This document shows, piece by piece, positions 46,681-56,197 of a stretch of DNA of 64,000 nt. The DNA comes from a virus. Its lineage: Duplodnaviria; Caudoviricetes. The position numbers and the translations under genes were made by a program. The stretch lies in IMG/VR virus record IMGVR_UViG_3300031418_000003; one strand, given 5' to 3'. Within the stretch, counting starts at the first letter, position 1; every line of letters starts with the position of its first letter. The notes beneath the pieces were generated by a model. The model was not told the origin of the DNA, searched no databases, and worked only from the letters and a program-made list of their open reading frames with translations.

Positions 46681-48000
46681 TTACTTCTTACGACTGTTGG
46701 CAGCGTCCACGATCGCTTGGACATGTTTATCCTGTTCTTCTTTACTAACAGTCAGTCCAGTTTCAGGATCTGCCAGAATATACCCAAAGCGTTTGATGCT
46801 CATCTCGGTCAATTCCAATTGTACACGAGCTTCTTCGGCTTGCGCAGAAAGAGCATAAGCTTGACCAGGATTTTCATGAGGTAACAATGGTTCATTACCG
46901 AATCCAGAACGATAGAACTGACCTGGATCATTATCCGAACTCAAAGGTTTAACTTCATGTGAGAATTCAGCACGACAATGAGATGTCAGAGAAGGATAGC
47001 CCTGAAAGTCATCATAACCGAACAGTTCTTTCTTAGGGATCAGTTTCTGGGTGTGGGGGGTTTGTCGTGCCGTTTTAGCAAAGAAACCGATCGGCGTTGC
47101 CATCAGAACGATATCCTTATCACGAAGCCATTCTGGTGAAGGGTGACCAGACATTAGATGAAGATTAATGTCGGTACGACCCAGCTCTACCATATGGTTG
47201 GCAAACGCATGGTACATGTTTTCGCAAATGTTGGTATCTACCTGGCGATGATCAATGTAGACCCAGACATCTTTGGGATTATTGATAAAGAGCTCATTTA
47301 GAGTTACTTCAGGTAATTTCAAAATCCAGCGTATATCATCATCCAGTTCGACATGTGGTGTCTTTTGAACTATCCAATAACCAAACACGCTCAATTCTAA
47401 AACAATATCCGCCTTTTCAATCTCTTTCTGGATCAACCCGTCTTTTGAGAAACGTTCTTGGGGAATAGGATCCATAAGAACAAAGGAAGGGTCTTTGATA
47501 TCAGCAGAATCTGGATCTTCCTGGAAGAAAGCGTTAGTCAGGATATCCTGAAGGTGCCAAAATTGGAGAGAGTGTGCGTTCGACTGTTCAGGTGTCCCAT
47601 GAGGAATCAGCACCAGAACCCGCTCATCACCCTGAATCAACTTACCTGCTTCGATATATTTTCGATCGTACCCCGTTGGACCATGATGTTGATTAAGGTT
47701 GCTGCTGAGTTGCAGCTCATCCAGAGTCTTCTCCAACTGGTTAGCGGTATGAACAAAACCACCACTACGGGCATTGAGAAAAAGATAGATCTTATCCAGC
47801 AGCGGTTTGTTGTTTTCCTTTTTAGCCTGAGAGCGCAGTGCATAAACTTCTTGAATAGTCAGGGTAGAGAGATCGATTTCTTTGTTAACGTTTTCCATAT
47901 ATTCCTCGTTAGTAATCCTGCCTTCAGCAAGAGCTAATTTATGTTTCATTGACTCACTGCGTAATTCAGCGAGCCAACGTTCGTGAAGTTCCATAGTCAT
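46681..48000 (-). CDS. Hypothetical protein with two alpha/beta family domains
   Basis: 439 aa; two D(I/V)VL-ending beta-alpha-beta units. Confidence 0.75.
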   Translation of the reverse strand: MTMELHERWLAELRSESMKHKLALAEGRITNEEYMENVNKEIDLSTLTIQEVYALRSQAKKENNKPLLDKIYLFLNARSGGFVHTANQLEKTLDELQLSSNLNQHHGPTGYDRKYIEAGKLIQGDERVLVLIPHGTPEQSNAHSLQFWHLQDILTNAFFQEDPDSADIKDPSFVLMDPIPQERFSKDGLIQKEIEKADIVLELSVFGYWIVQKTPHVELDDDIRWILKLPEVTLNELFINNPKDVWVYIDHRQVDTNICENMYHAFANHMVELGRTDINLHLMSGHPSPEWLRDKDIVLMATPIGFFAKTARQTPHTQKLIPKKELFGYDDFQGYPSLTSHCRAEFSHEVKPLSSDNDPGQFYRSGFGNEPLLPHENPGQAYALSAQAEEARVQLELTEMSIKRFGYILADPETGLTVSKEEQDKHVQAIVDAANSRKK

Positions 48001-48002
48001 TC

Positions 48003-48338
48003 CTAATAGAGAACAACATCCTCACCTAGACGAGCCATGTGTTTATGCCATTTGCCAATCTTGATCGTTCGATCTGTAACGAACAACGCAACTGTTGAAA
48101 TGGAACTGATATGGTGAGTTCTATCTTCAATCACACACATGGGTGACTTTGGATCCATCGGAGTAATGGTAATCACAGCAGCAGGGTTAACTTCCTGAAT
48201 CATTTTCACCAACTCACGAACACGTCTCTTAGTGGCCCGTTGTTCGATACCGACATACGACGCACCAAAACCGTGCACTATGGCAACGGTGGGAAAGGGA
48301 TGACCTTTCAGGAGTTCTGCTACTGTGCAATTATTCAT
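48003..48338 (-). CDS. Small alpha/beta family protein
   Basis: ORF in operon. Confidence 0.7.
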   Translation of the reverse strand: MNNCTVAELLKGHPFPTVAIVHGFGASYVGIEQRATKRRVRELVKMIQEVNPAAVITITPMDPKSPMCVIEDRTHHISSISTVALFVTDRTIKIGKWHKHMARLGEDVVLY

Positions 48339-48350
48339 TTTTATGTCCGA

Positions 48351-48683
48351 TTAAGGTAATTTAATTTGACCACTATTAAGCTGAGTTGCCGGAAGAAAAT
48401 CAAAGATTCTGATTTCATTTTCAGCAAGAACCGTCAATGTCAGTTTAAAGTTCTTAGAGAAATTTTGAACTTTTTTATTGACCGCAGTATAGTCAGTATC
48501 TTTAGCAAGGTAGGGGAGAACGGAAATTTCTACCATGGGATGTTCTTTACGGATTAGTGAAATGATTTTTACCAATCCCTTTTCACAGGAATCCTGGTCA
48601 TCCGTACCATCAGATGAAACCAATATCCCAATGGCTGGTACGGTACCCTCTTCTATCAGATTTGAGAGTAAAACTTCTTTCAT
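48351..48683 (-). CDS. Small alpha/beta family protein
   Basis: First ORF after a promoter motif; AAGGA RBS. Confidence 0.72.
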   Translation of the reverse strand: MKEVLLSNLIEEGTVPAIGILVSSDGTDDQDSCEKGLVKIISLIRKEHPMVEISVLPYLAKDTDYTAVNKKVQNFSKNFKLTLTVLAENEIRIFDFLPATQLNSGQIKLP

Positions 48684-48756
48684 GATGATTCCTTACTAAG
48701 GTTAAGAAGATAAAGGAAGTACGTATTCGTCTCCCCAGCTTTTCAGCTTCATGTTA

Positions 48757-48771
48757 ATAATATCTATCTGA
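48757..48771 (-). promoter_or_regulatory. Phage promoter motif
   Basis: TCAGATAGATATTAT on the minus strand. Confidence 0.7.
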
Positions 48772-48784
48772 AGATATATAGCGC

Positions 48785-49039
48785 TTACTTTTTGAATTCT
48801 TCAGAAATAAACTCCTGGAAACAACCCAAGTCTATTTTTGTATCCGTACCTGTGGAGATGATATACCACTGACAGCCAGTTTTCTGATCAGTATAAATAT
48901 CCCCTTCTCCCGTTTGTTGGATAATGAGACGACCTGATTTATACGGACCTTCTGACCCATTGATATTTTTAATGGTGTTAACAGTCGCACTTGCAAATCC
49001 CGACACTAACAATAATGCTAAAAGAATCTTTTTCATCAT
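48785..49039 (-). CDS. Small exported protein with two Cys
   Basis: Signal peptide ending ASA; YTDQKTGCQW...GC. Confidence 0.72.
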   Translation of the reverse strand: MMKKILLALLLVSGFASATVNTIKNINGSEGPYKSGRLIIQQTGEGDIYTDQKTGCQWYIISTGTDTKIDLGCFQEFISEEFKK

Positions 49040-49437
49040 GAACGTCCGAAGTAACGTTTAGAGACGGCAACAGTAGAAGGGAGATCGGTGTAGCGCATGG
49101 CAAACATTCTCCCTTGTTCGTCTTCCATCACCATGAGTTCGACATCCAGTAGGATATCTTTAGTTAACCCTACCTTTTCGAATAAGATAGGATAGCCGGT
49201 ATTAAAGGGGCTAGCATCAAACTCTGGCTTACCTGAGGGTACACAATGCACCACGATAGATGAAACTCGTGAATTACGAGATTCGCTCATCTCTTTCTTC
49301 AATGCTTCTGCAGCAGACCCACCTTTGGGACTCTGCACGATTAACAGAGTTTTGACATTTCCCATAAAGAGAATATCGTCCAAAGTAAAGTTGGTCTTTC
49401 CTGCCATGTGAAAATAAACTGAATCTTCAAGTTTCAT
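49036..49437 (-). CDS. Small alpha/beta family protein
   Basis: Coupled ORF. Confidence 0.72.
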   Translation of the reverse strand: MKLEDSVYFHMAGKTNFTLDDILFMGNVKTLLIVQSPKGGSAAEALKKEMSESRNSRVSSIVVHCVPSGKPEFDASPFNTGYPILFEKVGLTKDILLDVELMVMEDEQGRMFAMRYTDLPSTVAVSKRYFGRS

Positions 49438-49446
49438 TTACTTACC

Positions 49447-50295
49447 TTAATTTAAGAGTAGCCAACCGTTGGGTTCTTTTGAAACATGACCGTTATCAAA
49501 CGGCAGATGGACGTCAACACGATCACCACGGATAACCAACGCGTAATCATATTGAATGTCAAACAAAGCAACGGACTCTTTCTCTGTTTCCCATCCCTTG
49601 AAGTCCTCAAGGAAATAGGCAGTGTGAAGGCGAGCCTTGATAGAAGAGTTTAAAATGGCATTGGTGATCTGAGTGACCTTACTGACGGTTTTACGCTTGG
49701 GTTGATCACCGAAATAACAGATAGTGATTTCGGCCTCACGGTTACGGGTCAGTTCATTTACCAACCACATATCCTCAGTTGGAAGAAGAACATCCAGATC
49801 GGCATCACGCAGTTCTTCCAGACCTTCATCATCCGTTTCATCGATATGGAATTTAACATTGCTGGGAAGGTCCTCTGCTTTATATACGTAGAGGTTACCT
49901 TTGACATCGATATAAAAACCAACATCGACAGTCATTAGCTTCTCCTTATCGACAGGTGTCCCATCGGCTAAGACAATTCGGTCTTCCGCATGACCTTGAA
50001 CAATATGCCCATTAACGACATCAACTTTAACTTCTGGAAACAATACACTTACAATCTTAGTAAGTTGACCGATCTTCTCACCAATGTTGTCGTTGATATC
50101 GAATTCTTGTTGAACCGAAAGGATGGTAATGGTTTCCGGTTTCATGATCCGCAGGAACAAACCAACAGGATGAGAATTTAAACTATGGGCGTTAACATCT
50201 TTAAAGAAGTAAGCCATTTTCTTACGATCAATTTTAGATTCTTTCTGAACAATACCTGAAACAATACTGGCTAATGACATAATGACTCCTAACAA
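49447..50295 (-). CDS. Protein with two alpha/beta family domains
   Basis: Internal duplication visible. Confidence 0.75.
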   Translation of the reverse strand: MLGVIMSLASIVSGIVQKESKIDRKKMAYFFKDVNAHSLNSHPVGLFLRIMKPETITILSVQQEFDINDNIGEKIGQLTKIVSVLFPEVKVDVVNGHIVQGHAEDRIVLADGTPVDKEKLMTVDVGFYIDVKGNLYVYKAEDLPSNVKFHIDETDDEGLEELRDADLDVLLPTEDMWLVNELTRNREAEITICYFGDQPKRKTVSKVTQITNAILNSSIKARLHTAYFLEDFKGWETEKESVALFDIQYDYALVIRGDRVDVHLPFDNGHVSKEPNGWLLLN

Positions 50296-50319
50296 CTTAC
50301 CCAGGACATCCTGGGTAAG
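50296..50319. terminator. Hairpin, possible terminator
   Basis: CTTACCCAGG-acat-CCTGGGTAAG. Confidence 0.6.
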
Positions 50320-50341
50320 TTGAGTTAAAGGTTATGGGGTA

Positions 50342-51319
50342 TTACATTTCACCAAACTGTTTCGCAAAGGAAACCAATTTAGTTTTGAATTCCTGATGAA
50401 GCTCTCGGGTATAGTGATAACCCATCTTGGTGTTGGCTGGATAACGATCACTGTTCACAATAACGAAAGCAACATTATCTTTCCCGATATGATCGATCAA
50501 CCTTACACTGACGTACTCCATGTTCACATCCACTTCATTAATGAATGCAAACCGACCAGTCTTATTATGAGTAGCAATTACGTCCTCAGCTAACTCTTCA
50601 ACTTTATCCAGGTATTTAGTAATCTCAACTTCTGCTGACGATTCTTCAGACTCTAGGAAAGTAAGACGTTGAATAGTGTTGGTGTGGCGTGTACTCATAA
50701 CTATGAAGTGATCCTTTCTGCCGGGATGTTTACGCCCAGAGATAACAATAGGAGCTCGAATCCCAGCATCTGTACGATGAATCGTTGTCATCATCTCGTT
50801 ACCGAGATTAAGAATACTTTCTTTTGGCAATTCATCATTCTGAATGCGACGGAAAGCATCAACGAGATTACCAACTATTGTAGCGCGGCGTTCAGGTGTA
50901 AAGAACGTATCGTCTTTAACAACAGGAGGTGGACAGCTTACAAGATGCTCGAATCTTCCAGTGTTATCTTTAAAGCTAATAGCTCCGGTACTGTCACAGG
51001 AAATATCCCGAGAAAGACGCTCAGAAGAATACGTAATATCCAATCCACGAACATGATCTTTCATCAGCTCAAAGATGGATTTGAATTCAGCAGCATCTTT
51101 CAATTCGTAGAACCGACTACACGCATGGCGACTCATGAAAAGGAATTGTGGTCGAGAGAACCATTTTTCTGATTCAGGCTGATCTTTCGATGGGATAACT
51201 ACCCGAATAAAAGAACCCATTAATGGATCAATCAGGAAATCTCTGACCTCTGAATGATGCAGGAAGAAAGCGCGAGCATATGCAGCTTCGTTGGCGTAGC
51301 ATGATTTATCTTTTAACAT
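50342..51319 (-). CDS. Hypothetical protein
   Basis: ORF with AAGGA RBS. Confidence 0.75.
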   Translation of the reverse strand: MLKDKSCYANEAAYARAFFLHHSEVRDFLIDPLMGSFIRVVIPSKDQPESEKWFSRPQFLFMSRHACSRFYELKDAAEFKSIFELMKDHVRGLDITYSSERLSRDISCDSTGAISFKDNTGRFEHLVSCPPPVVKDDTFFTPERRATIVGNLVDAFRRIQNDELPKESILNLGNEMMTTIHRTDAGIRAPIVISGRKHPGRKDHFIVMSTRHTNTIQRLTFLESEESSAEVEITKYLDKVEELAEDVIATHNKTGRFAFINEVDVNMEYVSVRLIDHIGKDNVAFVIVNSDRYPANTKMGYHYTRELHQEFKTKLVSFAKQFGEM

Positions 51320-51425
51320 GTGTAAGTTCCTTTATATTTGAACTAAGGGTTTTGGTCGTTTAGACCGTCAGTGAATCGGGAGACATTGGTTGTGGTCTCC
51401 CATATATTACTACTTCAGTAATACA

Positions 51426-51833
51426 TTAATAAAACAACAGAGGTTCGCCGTTCAGCCAGTTCTGGATAGTGCCTTCAATAATCTTGGCTGTAGGTTTCTC
51501 AGTACCTTCAGGTACAAGTCCCATGTCAATATCGTACTTATTGAGAATGTAGTTACGATACCCGTTCCAGGTTCCGTCTTTCTTAACTTTGAGAACATCC
51601 CCTAATGAAAGATGGAGTAACACGTTCCGATCAATGCCTTCGCTATCACCAATACTCTCAATGCATTGGGCGACATGAAGGATATCGAGAGCCATCGCAA
51701 CATGTTTCAGGTTATAATTAATTCGCGCACCACTTGCATTATAGCGCAGCGCTTGTGCGTAATGCTTACACACTTTTTCACGCACGTCCATTGAATCGAA
51801 TTGACATTCAGGCAAGACAGGATTGTTTTGCAT
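51426..51833 (-). CDS. Hypothetical protein
   Basis: ORF. Confidence 0.72.
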   Translation of the reverse strand: MQNNPVLPECQFDSMDVREKVCKHYAQALRYNASGARINYNLKHVAMALDILHVAQCIESIGDSEGIDRNVLLHLSLGDVLKVKKDGTWNGYRNYILNKYDIDMGLVPEGTEKPTAKIIEGTIQNWLNGEPLLFY

Positions 51834-51843
51834 TGTTTATCCG

Positions 51844-52233
51844 TTAATCAAGTTTAGCATAAGGAAGGAGATCGATACCTTCCGGGACTTTGACCACCAA
51901 GTGCTTGTTGTCCAGGCACTTAACGATCACGACATCATAAGCCAAAACGTGGCGCAGTTTGATCTTTGGATCGAAAAACGCGTATTGGGGAAGGATCTGT
52001 GCATCGCCTTCTTTAACAGGACGTTTGATAACCAGATGTGTGGTCATTGGAATACGTGGATCGATTGCACCTTCTTCAACGTCACCCAGGATTTTATCCA
52101 GCCTGTCTACATTATGAGCATCGGTATCGGGATTCCCAAAAGTATGACCTACCGGAACTTCCAGCAATACACAGACGTTCTTCGGTTTCGCTAATTTGAT
52201 CAGCTCAACCACTTTACTGATTTTATCAGTCAT
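51844..52233 (-). CDS. Small alpha/beta family protein
   Basis: Coupled ORF. Confidence 0.72.
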   Translation of the reverse strand: MTDKISKVVELIKLAKPKNVCVLLEVPVGHTFGNPDTDAHNVDRLDKILGDVEEGAIDPRIPMTTHLVIKRPVKEGDAQILPQYAFFDPKIKLRHVLAYDVVIVKCLDNKHLVVKVPEGIDLLPYAKLD

Positions 52234-52894
52234 TTTCCTTTCCTTGAATTTCAGGAAGCTTGCGTTCTTTAGCGAAGCTTGCTTCCCAGCGTTGTTCTAA
52301 ATAAGAATTTTCGTCGGTTACGTAACCACGCTGATACAGTTCGCGTACATTGTGAATATGGTTCATCCAACTAGCAGCCGACATATACCCGGTGTAGTGA
52401 GAAAAGAAAGGATTAGCTTGATCAATGAAATCTTCGAAAACGATTTCTTCATCCAAAGGTTTCGATAACCCCTTGATGAAATGGTTCAGTGTTGATTCAA
52501 ACGCCTCTATCCCTTCTTCTTTCAGTGAAGCAAAATGAGCATCCGTCTTTTTCCATTCACACCCCCAGCTGTAGAAAGAGGTGAACATCGCCAGCGCTTC
52601 AGGTACCGCACAACCAAACCCAAACACCAGTTGTCCTCGGACAGCAACAATGGCAAAGTCGGTCATATCAAGAATACCGGTGAAGTTCTTGATGCTCTCA
52701 TTATACCCGGCGATGTCTATGGGTGGGTATCCGTATGAGGTATTAGAATACTCGGCAATTTTGATTTTGCCATCGACGTCGAGTTCGATATACCCATTGC
52801 CAAACTCATCACGGGCTTGAGTGTGGCTTTCCTTAAATACTACATCGTCTACTTTCATTCCCTCAGGAATTTTAACATTTGCGATATCAGTCAT
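52226..52894 (-). CDS. Hypothetical protein
   Basis: Coupled ORF. Confidence 0.75.
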   Translation of the reverse strand: MTDIANVKIPEGMKVDDVVFKESHTQARDEFGNGYIELDVDGKIKIAEYSNTSYGYPPIDIAGYNESIKNFTGILDMTDFAIVAVRGQLVFGFGCAVPEALAMFTSFYSWGCEWKKTDAHFASLKEEGIEAFESTLNHFIKGLSKPLDEEIVFEDFIDQANPFFSHYTGYMSAASWMNHIHNVRELYQRGYVTDENSYLEQRWEASFAKERKLPEIQGKEND

Positions 52895-53834
52895 TCTTTT
52901 TCTCCAAATAAATGACTACTGCATTAAGGAAGTTGTTCAGTTCTTCTAAGTTGTCACCTTCAACCACAAAGTTGACTTTAGAGTTGGTACAGGAAAGATC
53001 TGAGCTGATCACCACAAACGTTCCACGATACTCTTTAATCATGGAAACATAGAGGTTGTATTTACCCAGCATCGGATGACCATCAAACAAGCGCTCTGTA
53101 TGAGCCTTAGCGCCGTTCTTTATTGCTAACTTAACTTGGTCTACGCCATGACACAGCGTGGCTAAGAAGTGTTTCCAGTTCACCCCACGGGTATGACCTT
53201 CGTTCAGGTGTAGACGAAGCTGGCCATATTGCAGAGTCAGTTCCCCGCCACGCCCATTAGTCGAGTGAATGTAACGAAGATAAGAAGGTTGCGCATCATA
53301 GCTGAAATCCCCGTGATGGGTAAGCAGCAGCATGGTGTTATTGTCAACTCCATTCTCATACTTCTCCTGAACGATGAACGGATACTGTTCGCCCTTCTCT
53401 TCGATAAAGTTCGTCAACCCGGAAATTAATCCGTCGATGAAGTCCGTTGCATTCCCCCGGTTCTTATATCGACCGCCACCATTGGCAAACCACAACTCAG
53501 TACCCGTTACCTGCACATCCCCGCACTGCAAGCGATCACCCATCTGTGTGCGGATGCCGTCACGCAGCACTCGAGGCAATAGTCCACGCAAAGAACTTGC
53601 TAACCGAGTTGCATCAGCTTTGTTAAGAAAAGGAGATGTCCGTCCGTTTCCGTAATTAAATTGCGCCAGCGGTTCATTCAGACGCGGGGCGTCAAATGTG
53701 CGAGTCGGGTAATAGCAGGTCAACAACAAAACCTGACCCGTGGTGATCACCTGAACTTTCTTTACCGAGGTCCCGTGAAAAAGATCCAGTTCATCCTCTT
53801 CAGGTTTAGTAGCGCGACGCGTTAAGGTTTCCAT
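52887..53834 (-). CDS. Hypothetical protein
   Basis: First ORF after a promoter motif; GGAG RBS. Confidence 0.75.
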   Translation of the reverse strand: METLTRRATKPEEDELDLFHGTSVKKVQVITTGQVLLLTCYYPTRTFDAPRLNEPLAQFNYGNGRTSPFLNKADATRLASSLRGLLPRVLRDGIRTQMGDRLQCGDVQVTGTELWFANGGGRYKNRGNATDFIDGLISGLTNFIEEKGEQYPFIVQEKYENGVDNNTMLLLTHHGDFSYDAQPSYLRYIHSTNGRGGELTLQYGQLRLHLNEGHTRGVNWKHFLATLCHGVDQVKLAIKNGAKAHTERLFDGHPMLGKYNLYVSMIKEYRGTFVVISSDLSCTNSKVNFVVEGDNLEELNNFLNAVVIYLEKKND

Positions 53835-53872
53835 GATAACTCCAGAGATATATTCGTTTAATGTACACGATG

Positions 53873-53887
53873 ATAATATCAGCCTGA
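53873..53887 (-). promoter_or_regulatory. Phage promoter motif
   Basis: TCAGGCTGATATTAT on the minus strand. Confidence 0.7.
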
Positions 53888-53931
53888 AAATAAATAGACC
53901 AAGAAGGCGTTACCCTTCTCAGTCAATTTAA

Positions 53932-54507
53932 TTAGTAAATGCGATATGGTTTGGTTGGGTCGGCCAGGTAATTGCGCAGGGCACCTTCAGCTTCTTCGAT
54001 CGACACGTATTCGTTCAGACCTTCGGTATCACCCAGATCGATGTCATACGTTTTCTTAACGTAAGAACGAATGTTCTCAGGCGTTGGATCAAACGCAATG
54101 GCGACGATGTCTTCAGAAAGACCGAACAGGTTGACCAGGAATGAGCGATACAGATGTTCGTGATCTTTGACTTTGTTACCGCCGATGTTCAGAATGATGG
54201 CGTCATTCTTCCAGGTGCGGGTCTTTGGATCTTGCTGTGCCAGCGGAACTAAGTCCAGACCGACAATGCTGTTGATATATTTGATTAACGCGACGGCGTA
54301 TTGAGTAACCAGTTGGAATTTGACTTTGGTTGCCGATTGCTCAATAATAGGGCAGCGTTTGTCCGGAGTATAGAGACTCAGCCAGACCTGTTCCATTTCG
54401 CGGAAAGTATTTTTCAGAGTAACACCCTGAAGCAGTAATTCGTGGACTTGAGTTGCAATGCGTAATGTACCTAAATTAAACGGAAGAGAGACTTGTTCTT
54501 GAGACAT
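53932..54507 (-). CDS. Hypothetical protein adjacent to the protease
   Basis: ORF with AAGGT RBS. Confidence 0.72.
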   Translation of the reverse strand: MSQEQVSLPFNLGTLRIATQVHELLLQGVTLKNTFREMEQVWLSLYTPDKRCPIIEQSATKVKFQLVTQYAVALIKYINSIVGLDLVPLAQQDPKTRTWKNDAIILNIGGNKVKDHEHLYRSFLVNLFGLSEDIVAIAFDPTPENIRSYVKKTYDIDLGDTEGLNEYVSIEEAEGALRNYLADPTKPYRIY

Positions 54508-54571
54508 CGTTCTTATACCTTAGCGTGAGTTAAAATTGGTTGTCTTAGTATTGAAAAGAACATAAAAAATA

Positions 54572-54597
54572 AGTAGAGACCCCGAAGGATCTCTACT
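54572..54597. terminator. Terminator hairpin (family, arms swapped)
   Basis: AGTAGAGA-ccccgaagga-TCTCTACT with an A-tract on the + side. Confidence 0.7.
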
Positions 54598-54603
54598 CAC
54601 ATT

Positions 54604-55455
54604 TTAGAAGATATCGTTGAAAGCTACTTTGACCACACCCGCATCACCGGATTTGTAATTAGACTTCATTACATTCAGGACATCACGAAAATGATCCAGC
54701 GCTTCCATACCACCCACACGGATTAATGCATCCTGGTCGGTAACTTCAGTATGTAACGCCTCTTCCAGTTGTTCCAGCATGTCTTTGACAGCAAACTTAC
54801 GAATATTGTCACGCAGACCGAAATCATCCAGGAAGCTTTCACAACCTGCAGTCATATGCTTGTTAGCATGGATCATGCCAGGTTCAGAGACCCAATCATA
54901 ACCAGTCCAGTATTCCACATTCTTACGTGTCTCGCCCGGTTTAAATGGTGAGATCTGTGTACGAATAGAAACCGCGGTGTTATGACGAGGGTTTGCCAGT
55001 GATTCTTTAAATTCAGGACCACGCGGACCAAACGGTTCACAACGGATGTAGTTCCAGATCGGTGCCATGGGGTTACGTTCGTTCTCAAACTTGAACAGCA
55101 CTTCGCTGATCAACCCACAGATGTTGAGTGGGTCATAAGAACGCAGACGGTTAATCCATTGCAGTAAATCCGTCATGGGTTTGGCATACTTAATGCCATT
55201 CTCAATAACGTAGAAATACGGTTCAGGATGCTCCACTTCCATTTTGCAGTAACCCATTTTAACGCGGCGTTGCAAATCGGAGTTAGCATCAATCTGTGCA
55301 CGTACATAGTCGTTTGCCGGATAGGTAATGCCCGCATGGTTAGGCATGTTGAATCCACCTGCGTTTAACAGGTAACGACCGTCTTGGTCTGGGGGAAGAA
55401 TCCCCTTCTTACCCGTATTAGCAAGAATGATATTACCTAAGCTGATATCAGCCAT
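54604..55455 (-). CDS. Prohead protease (phiKZ gp175-like)
   Basis: MEVEHP, AVSIR and YDWVSEPG motifs; synteny with the vRNAP genes. Confidence 0.82.
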   Translation of the reverse strand: MADISLGNIILANTGKKGILPPDQDGRYLLNAGGFNMPNHAGITYPANDYVRAQIDANSDLQRRVKMGYCKMEVEHPEPYFYVIENGIKYAKPMTDLLQWINRLRSYDPLNICGLISEVLFKFENERNPMAPIWNYIRCEPFGPRGPEFKESLANPRHNTAVSIRTQISPFKPGETRKNVEYWTGYDWVSEPGMIHANKHMTAGCESFLDDFGLRDNIRKFAVKDMLEQLEEALHTEVTDQDALIRVGGMEALDHFRDVLNVMKSNYKSGDAGVVKVAFNDIF

Positions 55456-56197
55456 TGTTGTCTCCAGCAGCGGCCGGTAAGCCGCGAATAACTTCTTCCA
55501 GGTTTGTGACTTTCGTATCCGGGTTCAAGATACCTGAGATAATGTTATCACTCATATAACCAGACGCTAAACGGCTAAAGGTTGAGTTCAACAATTGTCC
55601 TGGGTTGTTGATACCGATGATACGCGGTTTAATATTCAGATCCTTGAGGGAAGGCGAGTAACGGAACGGAATGTCCAGGTTATTCGGATCACGCTGAGTC
55701 AGTGCATACAACACACGGACTGCTTGGTTACAGGTTCCCATTGATTTACCTGTGTAGAACTTGGCTTCGTCATAAACACTGAGCAAGTCATCTGCATCGA
55801 AGTACCAAGGAATACGCGCATACTTGGTGAACTCCAGGTAATAATAGTAACCGATGTTACTGTCCATAGGAACAGTCAGTGCATCAATCACCGTATCGCC
55901 CGGTTCAAAGTCCAGCATGTAATAACGATCGTTCTTGATCGTCTCTTCGTAAATATCCCCCGGCTTCAACACTACCTTGACCATCCCGCCAAAGAACGCA
56001 TAGCTGTTCTCAAAGATCACACCCAACATCAGAATCGACGTTACCGTATCAGAGATCTCAGCCAGATTACTTTGTTCGAAACGCTTAGGGAAGCACACAG
56101 TGACTTTCTTTAACGCAACCACGCTACCATTAGGCAAGACTTTGAGAGCGGTATTAACCCGCTCTCTGTCTCTTTTTAAATTGTCGTAATCCATCAA
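55448..56197 (-). CDS. Conserved phiKZ gp176-like virion protein
   Basis: Synteny between the protease and vRNAP beta. Confidence 0.55.
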   Translation of the reverse strand: MMDYDNLKRDRERVNTALKVLPNGSVVALKKVTVCFPKRFEQSNLAEISDTVTSILMLGVIFENSYAFFGGMVKVVLKPGDIYEETIKNDRYYMLDFEPGDTVIDALTVPMDSNIGYYYYLEFTKYARIPWYFDADDLLSVYDEAKFYTGKSMGTCNQAVRVLYALTQRDPNNLDIPFRYSPSLKDLNIKPRIIGINNPGQLLNSTFSRLASGYMSDNIISGILNPDTKVTNLEEVIRGLPAAAGDNNG

